Below are positions 37,635 through 46,483 of a stretch of 64,000 bases of DNA, piece after piece (the stretch's first letter is position 1; every line of letters starts with the position of its first letter). Both the position numbers and the translations under genes were made by a program. The notes beneath the pieces were generated by a model. It saw only the letters and a program-made list of their open reading frames with translations, did no database searches and was not told the origin of the DNA. The stretch covers positions 46,130,001 through 46,194,000 of the forward strand of contig OZ076409.1 in assembly GCA_964187785.1 (NCBI GenBank), given 5' to 3'. The stretch is from Amphiscolops sp. MND2022. Lineage: Eukaryota.

Positions 37635-40324
37635 TCAAATGATTCGGGGTGGGGTTTTTCTGGATTCTATTTTATCATAAATAAGCCGCAGTTTCTTGAG
37701 GGTATCTGATGATTTAAGCCCCAGGCAGTCTTCCAAATGGTTGGGGCTCTCACAGTTTTCTCCGCATTCATCACAAATACAGGGGTGTCCGTCGTCCTGG
37801 GGTCCATAGCAGTTTTCTTTTCGGCAAAAGCCATGATGTAGTCCATTACAATAGTAAATGGCGATGATGCGTCGCATCAGGAGATTTGCAGAGGTAATCT
37901 TCAAATGATCATCGTAATAAATTCCCTCGATTAATCGTCGGGAGCTGTATCGGTAGCTTATTTTACACCATTTTTTCCAGAAGTAGCCGATAATAGTCAG
38001 TTGGTGAGTCGTAAAGCTTTCATCGAAGGCGTTTCCTCCATCATCGAATATTTCACATCCATACGTTCCACATGGCATTACAACAGTCGTTAAAAGTCTA
38101 TTGCCAGAGTCTAATGAAATTCTCGATAGGTCAAGTCTTGCATTGATAGAGTTAACAGAATTGATAGCCTTGGTTTTCATAAATTGAAGATGCCGGTTGA
38201 CAGACAATCTGGGTGTTAGTATAACCCCAAGATAACAGAAATTATTAACGAATTCAACATTCTGGTTTTGGTATGTCAGGTTGTCTCCCTTTGCCAGAGG
38301 TCCTCCATACCTGAGTTTGACCACCTGTGTTTTCTCAATATTCACGATTAGGGAGTTATTGAGGCAGTATTCTTGTAAAATATCCATGCTCCATTGTATA
38401 TTATCAATGACTTTGGATCCGATAGCTAGGTCGTCTGCATAAAAGAGGATATTACATCCTGTGATTTCCAAGTACCTTGATAAATCGGCTATAAATAGTG
38501 AGAATAGTAGAGGAGAGAGCTTGTCTCCTTGTGGGACGCCAAGATCGGTTATTATTTCATTTGACAGCAGATTCCCATCCAAAACTTTGATGACATTATC
38601 TTTCAAAATTGACAGAAGGACATTTCCCATTGTATTACCAATTCCCATCTGGAGTAATTTCAAAAGTAGGGTTTGTCTATCAATACTATCAAAGGCCTTC
38701 TTAAAGTCTACAAAACAAACATAGTATCTGCCAATGCTGGCGAGGGACGATTTTATGTTACTGACTAGGTGGGTGACGGCTTGTAGTGTAGAATATCCTC
38801 TACGAAAACCAAACTGGTTTGGAGGAAGTAGTCGGTAGGTTTCGGTCCATTTGTAGAGACGTTCATAAATTAGCCCAGTATATGTTTTCAGTAAACAGGA
38901 TAGTAGGGTTATGCCTCTATAGTTCGTAGGGTCATTTTTCTGTCCTTTTCGTTTAAAAATAGGCATGACTAATCCCAATTTCCATTCATCCGGAATCGTT
39001 CCGGTGTTCCAGCAGGTGTTTATAAGAGATGAAAGGAAAGGTCCTGTGAACTGGAACGATTGTTTCAGGGCTTCGTAGGCTACTCCATCATTACCTGTTG
39101 CTTTATTGTTTGGTTGTTTGCGAATTTCTTCATAAAGTTCATAGATACTGAAGGGTAAAGTAAGAAGGGTCAACATATTGAGGTGGATATTGAGGAACAA
39201 AAGGCGGTGGTTTGTTTGAATTGAGCAATTTCTCATAATAGCTATACCATTCATAAATATCTATTGGGTTCGATGTGGCGGTTCCTTTGCGAATTTTGAG
39301 AAGATCCCAGAATTTCCTTTTATTGTTTTCAGCTGTAAATACAATGCGTTCCTCTTCCTCTTTAAAGAATTGTTGCTTAGCATATCGAATAGCTCGTTTA
39401 TAGATAGTTTTCAAATAGGCCTGTTCGGGGGCATTATTTTGTCGAAGTTTCTTCAGTTTTGATGCAACTCGTAAAGTTGACCGTTGAACCATGGTTTGGA
39501 TTTTCTTGGTTTCTGTTGTACTTTGCAGTCATGGAGTAACTTGCAAATCGAATTGGCGTATTCAGACACATCAGATTCAGAGTTGCAGAAGTCCATGTCA
39601 TTGAAGGCTATTGCTAATAGGGAAGGATCCATTTTTCGCAATGAGGTTTTCTTTATTTGCCACTTATCATTCGAGGACGCTATTTGGGTTACAACTAGAT
39701 TGTGTTTGGTTACGTTTGAGTTCAGTACATGCAGTTTCAGGTTATTCGTCAAGGTTGGGGACGCAAATACTAAATCTATCACGCTCGTTCCGTTCGATGC
39801 ATGGAATGTGGGTTTTGTGGGATCGTTAATGCATCCAAAGCCAATATTTAGCATCAAATCGACTAACTGGTCACCTCTACCATCATCGACATCCAACGAC
39901 AGTTGAAGTCACCGCATATTAGGACATTTTTCCAATTGTTTTGGGATGTGATATCCGTAATGTCACTAATGATTTCTTCTACCTCTGTGAGTGGTGGAAA
40001 GTAAGCTGCTATAAGGAAGATTTGTATGTCGCTAAAATTGAGTTGGATAGCCATTACGTGTTTCGTTCTGGTTACAGGCTTTATTTTGGCTCGGAGATTT
40101 TTGTTGATTGCCACAGTTATTCCTCCCATTGGGCGCCCTTTTTTAGGTTTTACTGCAGCTTGATTGATACATTTAAAGGAAGGTATCTCCAATTCTCGAA
40201 TACTCATTGTTTCGACCAAAATGAGAACGGAGTAAGAATTAATGTCATGTTCTTCTTCAGTCGCTAGAGTAGATTTTGCTCCTTCTACATTCCATAGGAG
40301 GAAATGTAGCTCGCTATTCGATAG
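37635..40324 (-). pseudogene. LINE ORF2 (AP endonuclease + reverse transcriptase), three frameshifts
   Basis: WNVEG, LVET, GDFN, SVIDL, QFGFR, FVDFKKAFD, GVPQGDKLSP, YADD and a Cys-rich C-terminus. Frame breaks near 39890, 39480 and 39200 could be real decay or read errors. Confidence 0.9.
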
Positions 40325-41119
40325 TCATTCCTGTTTGATAATTTTATTCCTATATATTTTGTAGTTTCCGTTTGGATCCGATTCTCGCTTTTCTTTCAAT
40401 TCTTTACGCAGTTGGGTATTTAAACGCCGTTGCTCTGGTGTTAGGTCAGGGTTGATGTATGTGTTTTCATACTCTTTACTGTTTCTGAGATCTTTTGCTT
40501 TACTGATGACCAGCCATTTACTTTTGCTGTCCGTCATTTGTACCAAGAGCATCCGGCGATTGTTTACTTTTTGTCTGGTTATAATTTCCTCAACTTTGAT
40601 AGGTATGTCGTTGATTCCGAGTTTCGAGATGATGCCAGTGGCGGTTTCAGACACTGTTTCGTTTTCTTTGTTCGGTGGGTTAACAATAATCAGGTTGCAT
40701 TCCTTTGCTTTTTGTCTTCTTTCCTCCATGCGAATTTCATTTAGAGTAGTTGCTCTGTTTTCTTCTTCATTTTTGAGTTCGTACTTTTGCTTTTGTACAA
40801 TTTCGGCAAAAGTTTGTTGCAACTTCTCTGGGTTATGTTGCCGAATCGTCTGATGTAGGCGAGTGTTTTCAGCAATTAGTGATTCTATTCTTTCGGACGA
40901 GCAGAACCCGCAGGTGTATGGTCTTTTCAGTACTTCTGGATTGATTTTCTTTGGTAGCCAAATATCCGTCCAAATTTCGCAACCTACAGTAGTGCAAAGT
41001 ACTTGGTGATTAAAACCGGTTTCATCAACCTTCCCTTGTTCGCCGTCTTCTTCGCTGCAGTAGAATTCGTCTTGTTTTTTCGTAACATTTTTTCTGGGTT
41101 GAGAACCTTTTGGTCCCAT
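40325..41119 (-). CDS. LINE ORF1 protein
   Basis: ATG at 41119. Cys-rich PHD-like N-part, coiled coil, NLII and YINPDLT motifs typical of CR1/L2-group ORF1. Confidence 0.8.
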   Translation of the reverse strand: MGPKGSQPRKNVTKKQDEFYCSEEDGEQGKVDETGFNHQVLCTTVGCEIWTDIWLPKKINPEVLKRPYTCGFCSSERIESLIAENTRLHQTIRQHNPEKLQQTFAEIVQKQKYELKNEEENRATTLNEIRMEERRQKAKECNLIIVNPPNKENETVSETATGIISKLGINDIPIKVEEIITRQKVNNRRMLLVQMTDSKSKWLVISKAKDLRNSKEYENTYINPDLTPEQRRLNTQLRKELKEKRESDPNGNYKIYRNKIIKQE

Positions 41120-41204
41120 GTTGCTCCTTTGTCTCCAGGTGCCTTTTTCCAGGACAGTGTTGCTAACCTCCTCGAGAGTCATGTTACCAGATTCGGAAAG
41201 TTTT

Positions 41205-42059
41205 GGATTCGGGACGTTTCGGCAAAAACATGGCGGCGGACGTTTCGGCAACAAAAATATGCCGAAACGTCTCAGGCTAAAAACATTTGCCGAAACGTTG
41301 CATATGATATGTGGGGCATATCCGGTGTATGCACGCTCGCCCTCACCATCGCAAAGACCAGCTCCCACTACGATCGCTTCGCGATCTCCGTTCCCGCTGG
41401 GTCTTTGCTCCTGTTCGACCTCGCTTACCAAGATGGGAATATAAGCGGCCCCAAGAGGCCGCGGGGCACTAGAGGGAATGGGGACAAATCCGAGGCACGT
41501 TTTATGCTTTCCATCATTCCTACATTAACGGACTTACCGTTTTTCTTCAATTCCAGAATTCTACAAACTGGACCTAACCAGTTTGTAGAAAACCAGAAAC
41601 AAAACCAAGATAATACAGGACAAGATAACACGGGACATTTCGACATGAAAAATTTGCCGGAACGTCTCGAATTTTTTTGCCGAAACGTCTTTGCCGAAAC
41701 GGGTGGCTGTAAATAGGTCGAATTTTTCTGGTCGAAAGGACAAAAGTCGAACTTTTTGATCGAATTGCAGGGATCGAATGGAATGCGGTCGAATTTTATC
41801 GTGTTTGTTGTATGGCTCGAGCGCTTCGCTCCCTTCGCCAAGTAGCAACATTAAAGCATGGCCATAAGGCACGTCGCTCCGCTTCGCATTCAGGGTACTA
41901 GGGGTATGTGAACATATCTGACTACGCTATAAAAATTTTGATCCGAGTTGTTTCGATCCCGTTCAAAAATTTGGTATGTCGACCCCTAGAACTAACTCTG
42001 ATTTTCGATCCCGTTCCTTCGACCTACTTCCGCGCACCCTGCCGAAACGTCCTGCTCCC
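41205..42059. mobile_element. MITE (Mutator-like) with ccgaaacgtc subterminal repeats
   Basis: TIR core ggacgtttcggca / tgccgaaacgtcc. TSD aaagtttt at 41197-41204 and 42060-42067. Confidence 0.7.
41701..42039. mobile_element. Nested Mutator-like MITE
   Basis: Imperfect TIR gggtg...aataggtcgaa / ttcgacctact...caccc. Perfect 9-bp TSD tgccgaaac. Confidence 0.75.
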
Positions 42060-42606
42060 AAAGTTTTTGAGGATTCATAAATGTACGAGATATAAACAGC
42101 AAGATGTAAACCTTTTCATAAACTATATTTGGAACTTCAGGTGGAAAAATAATGACAACAGGTCATTTCTGAAATGTTACACCAGAACCCCACCAACTTG
42201 TAACACTATATCGCCCCTTTTCAACCTTCAAAGGTACGAAGCCATCAAAATTTGTGAAATGCTGCTCGGCAATTCTTTCTCTTTAGCCGATTTTGCTTGG
42301 AAAAATTGACAGACGGAATCTCCGATGTGTCATTGTGGCAAAAGTGAAGAGACTACAGAACATTTCTTCCTGGCATGTGGCCTATACCAAGACATGAGAC
42401 CTGAAGACATTGACTCATTGAATCTCCTTGACCCTGAAGATTGCTATACCATTGTCGACTACATCTCACATTCAACGAAGTTAAAAGGAATCGTATATTT
42501 TCATCATTAAATCCTAACTTAACTTTATCCAACTTTATATATATATATATATAGCCTAATTGTTGTGATAAACTTATTAAATAGTTTCCGGTTATATGAA
42601 AACTTG

Positions 42607-43458
42607 ATGATGGTTCTCACAAGAAGTGCACTTGTCTCCTCTTCCAACAGTGATGGGACAACTCAACTGGGTGGAACATGTGCTGTGGATCATGGACTCT
42701 GTTCTGTATGTCATGGATCGCAACAAACGAGGGACTGGATTCAATGTGAAAAATGTTCTCACTGGCTTCACTCTCAGTGTCTGAAAATACCAAAGGAAGT
42801 ATTCGTTTACTTATCCTCGTCTGAAAATTTCTCCTATTTTTGTGATTCGTGTGTTAGCAAAAAATCAGCCTTTGATGACTCAACTGAAAATGCTAAACTA
42901 GATGAACTTAAAAAAGATATCAAAACAATCGTCGAAAACGTCATTGAAGAAAAGTTGCCGAACAAAATTCCTATATCTACGAAAGAACCTAAAACACGAG
43001 ATCGGCATGTACCTGAAACGACCATAACTGAGGACAATAATTACCATTACAAAATCAGAATATCCGGAATTGAGGAAATGGATTCCAAGTTTTTCATAGA
43101 TAGACAACTGCATGATAAGTCCGAAGTCGAAAAGATTCTTGATGATTTAAATTGCTCCGGAAATGTTATTGAAACTCAACGACTTGGGAAATTTGATAAA
43201 AATAGAACTCGGAACCTACTTGTAACATTTGGATCTGTATGGGATGCTCGCAAAGTCATCGCAAAGGCCATCGAGAAAAAATATTTCCTAAACAAAAGGG
43301 TTTTGATCACCCCTGAACTGTCCCCAAAGGACCTTTTACTGGAAAGACAACTGTTAGCCAAACGTTACGAATTGATCAGTAGTGGCATAGATCGTAGCCG
43401 TTTGAAAATAAAAAAATTGAGACTCTACAAAGACAACGAACTGGTAGAGGTGAACTGA
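42607..43458 (+). CDS. LINE ORF1 protein with PHD finger
   Basis: CSVC...WIQCEKCSHWLHSQC...YFCDSC, then IRISGIEE, RLGKF and ITPELS. Confidence 0.88.
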   Translation: MMVLTRSALVSSSNSDGTTQLGGTCAVDHGLCSVCHGSQQTRDWIQCEKCSHWLHSQCLKIPKEVFVYLSSSENFSYFCDSCVSKKSAFDDSTENAKLDELKKDIKTIVENVIEEKLPNKIPISTKEPKTRDRHVPETTITEDNNYHYKIRISGIEEMDSKFFIDRQLHDKSEVEKILDDLNCSGNVIETQRLGKFDKNRTRNLLVTFGSVWDARKVIAKAIEKKYFLNKRVLITPELSPKDLLLERQLLAKRYELISSGIDRSRLKIKKLRLYKDNELVEVN

Positions 43459-46215
43459 CTAGAAAATTACGAAAATGTCCACCGCATCTTTCTTTTAAAC
43501 TGCCGCAGTATCTTATCCCTAGAAAAAAGACTTCACTTATCGTGTATTCTCCAATCAAGATTACCTGATATTCTCTGCCTTTCTGAAACCTGGTGGGATG
43601 AATCTTCTTCAGACAATACTTTTCTCACAGCTGCCTACTCAGTCATAGCAAAAGCCGTGCGTGAAACAAATCAGCATGGAGGTGTGGCTATTATGGCAAA
43701 AAAAGAACTGGTTGCATCAAAAATAGAATGCTTGGACAATACATTTTGTTGTGGTATATCATTTGATACCTATGGAATTATTGTTTTATACAATCCTCCA
43801 AACCCTAGTGAGTATCGTGTTCCTGATGATGTAATCTCAAATTGCTTATCCTCGGCCTATAATGTTCTCAGTAACGCTTCCATTGATAAAGTATTAATTA
43901 TGGGCGATTTCAACTTATCAAACGAGGATTGGGCACAGTTCCCAGCGATCAGTACAGAATATTTCTGTGAAACCGAAAAATTCCATACTGCTAAAAATTT
44001 CACCCAGCTTGTAAAGGAACCAACGCACAAAGATAGTAATGTCCTTGACCTGGTCTTTACAAACTATGACGAGCCTGAAGTTCTTGATATTGAAAAACAT
44101 CCAACTTTTTCTGATCATTTCAGCATATCTGTGGGTATCCCTAAAAACTCTGAAACAATGTACACACAAACTGACCTCAAACAATACAGTCTCGCAGCAA
44201 CCGACTTAAATTCGATTGACCTAACACTAGCTCAGTCACTATTCTCGTTCGAACTAGACCAAAATTCTGTCGACTTCATTGCGGACTGGCTGATTTCATT
44301 TCAAAACATTCTCAAACAGTTCTTAGTTAGCAAACGGCAAAAGCGAAAAATGTTGCCGGATTACTTGAGCTCTCACAGTATTCATCTCTTCAACTGCCTC
44401 CAAACAGAATTAAAGCAACTAAATGGCCTCAACTTGAAAAATTATATGAAATACAATACTATCTGTAAAGAACTTGAAAATTCTATTGAGTTGGACACAA
44501 ATGTATTCCTCGACAAGTTTTGTGCCGTAAATGGTGATGTAAATGATTGTTACAAACTGATTAGAAAACTCAAAATTTCCGACATTCCGAAGACAATGAT
44601 TGTTCCCAAAAAGAAAAAAATTACTGGAAGTTCCAAAATTGCAAACGCCTTCAATCAGTATTTTGGATCAGTATTCAATGCTTCTGACGATACATTCACC
44701 GATTTTACTGATAATGTACTGAATGATGTAGAACTATCTACCGAAATCGCAAATGAGGCTCTAGATTTATCAACTGATGGCATTGGCCCTGATGGTATTC
44801 ATGGTCAAATTTTACGAAAGTGTTCAAACAGTCTCTCAATACATTTCTACAACCTATCAAAGGTTATCGTAGAAACTGGAGTGTATCCTACATCCTGGAA
44901 AAAAACCATTATCACACCCAAATTCAAAGAGGGATTGAAAAATGAGATAGCCAACTACCGTCCAATTGCTTCTTTGAGCAAACTTTCACTCGCATTTGAA
45001 AGAATTCTTTTCAGGAGCATTTCCAAGCATCTACAGGACAAACTATCCTCCCATCAATTTGGTTTTCGAAAATCCCGATCATGTATCATCCAGTTACTGT
45101 CGTTCTTTGATAAAATCTTTGAGTGGATCGATTCCAAAGAAAAAGCCTTTGCAATCTATTTGGATTATTCTAAAGCATTTGATCGAGTCCCTCATTCTAT
45201 ACTACTGAAAAAACTACGATCTCTGGGTCTGGGTGGATCTCTACTCAAACTAATAGCTTCATATTTGCAAAACCGAGTGCAACAAGTTAAAATTGAAAAC
45301 TGTCAATCAGAAGAGTGTCCTATTACAAGTGGTGTGCCCCAAGGCTCAGTGGTCGGCCCGCTTTTCTTCATTGCGTTTATAAATGACCTGCCCGAGAATT
45401 GTGAGTGTGTTCCATTTCTATTCGCTGACGACCTTAAACTGGCAAGTTCATCTCTGTTCGAGCTTCAGAACGATTTGTTATCACTAATGAAGTGGAGTGA
45501 AGAAAACAAACTCGACTTTAACTTGCAGAAGACGAAATTATTACACTTCAGTAAATCAAAGATGCAATGTGATAACCTTGTCCTACACATGGGAGAAAAT
45601 GATATCTATCCTACAACAAAGAGTATTCGTGATCTTGGTGTCTGGGTCTCTCCAAATTTGACATGGAACGATCACATAAATATTAAAATAGCAAATTGTT
45701 ATAAACGCCTAGCCATGTTACGTCGGAACCTTCCTAAAATGCTTAACCCTGACATGAAATTTAAATTGTACCGCATCTACATTTTACCCACACTTGCTTA
45801 TGCTTCAGGTGTTTGGCATCCGAACAGAGGAGACTTAAAAAAAATACAAAGGCTGCAGCGGATCTGTTTCAAGTGGATTGACTATAGGAGCTCATTTCAT
45901 CAACTTCTTGACAAATATCACCATTTACCGATCTCTTTACATCTTCAAATGCAGGATCTGCTACTGTTCAACAAGCTCACAATGGGCCTTTATGACTTCA
46001 CCATATGGGATTATGTGTGTTCAAATCAACACAACAATAATTATGAGCTCAGAAGTAACACCAAAAATATTTTCATGTCTGACTACACACGTTTAAAGTG
46101 TACACGGGAATTTTTCTTCAATCGAATCATCAAACTTAGCAATTTTGTACAACAAGAATACAACATTAAACTGCCAAACCACCCTGCCGCATATGAATCC
46201 GATCTAAAGAGAATT
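43459..46215 (+). CDS. LINE ORF2 (AP endonuclease + reverse transcriptase), in frame with ORF1
   Basis: LLNCRS, LSETW, GGVAI, MGDFN, LDLV, SDH, QFGFR, LDYSKAFDRVPH, GVPQGSVVGP and FADD. No stop before the gap. Confidence 0.93.
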
Positions 46216-46415
46216 NNNNNNNNNNNNNNNNNNNNNNNNNNNNNNNNNNNNNNNNNNNNNNNNNNNNNNNNNNNNNNNNNNNNNNNNNNNNNNNNNNNNN
46301 NNNNNNNNNNNNNNNNNNNNNNNNNNNNNNNNNNNNNNNNNNNNNNNNNNNNNNNNNNNNNNNNNNNNNNNNNNNNNNNNNNNNNNNNNNNNNNNNNNNN
46401 NNNNNNNNNNNNNNN
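46216..46415. other. Assembly gap
   Basis: Run of N. Confidence 1.
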
Positions 46416-46483
46416 AAAATCCTTTTTACGGTGATTCAGTATATAAATCTTGTGAAGGGACCCAGCGAGATCCTAAGTCTCCA

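Larger units (their letters stand above)
37332..41151 (-). mobile_element. Near full-length APE-type LINE (RTE-X/L2-like, clade tentative)
   Basis: 13-bp TSD ggacagtgttgct at 37319-37331 and 41152-41164. Contains ORF1 and ORF2, with (ATTC)n and TTCA-rich 3' sequence. Confidence 0.9.
36200..42510 (+). mobile_element. Old LINE ORF2 relic (I-group-like), split by later insertions into 36200-37331, 41152-41204 and 42060-42510
   Basis: YAAPIWLEKNLK...VLLGTPPLDL..VKFLLK resembles ORF 49810-50223. The frame rejoins across the TSDs (FPDSVA|NLLESHVTRFGKF|LRIHKC). It ends in CHCGKSEETTEHFFLAC. The left boundary is approximate. Confidence 0.7.
42554..46215 (+). mobile_element. Apparently intact CR1-group LINE, 3' end lost in the gap
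   Basis: Starts right after a (TA)n run. Uninterrupted ORF1 and ORF2 up to the N gap. Confidence 0.92.

Noticed and set aside
41120..41431. N-terminal extension of the 368-aa ORF 40325-41431
   Set aside because: It runs past the LINE TSD into host LINE and MITE sequence, so it is a chance open frame.
41003..41872. ORFs of 237, 138, 108 and 103 aa as genes
   Set aside because: They span transposon junctions and GC-rich MITE sequence with no recognisable domain.
42596..42609. Tiny upstream ORF ATG-AAA-ACT-TGA overlapping the ORF1 ATG
   Set aside because: A single short instance is expected by chance in AT-rich DNA and I cannot assess conservation.
43456..43458. TGA reassigned to an amino acid (alternative genetic code)
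   Set aside because: The long ORF2 frames and the nicotinamidase exons have no internal TGA and use TGG for Trp. The in-frame TGA occurs only at domain junctions.
46216..46434. ORF2 continuing to 46434
   Set aside because: The translation runs through the N gap, so the end is an artefact.
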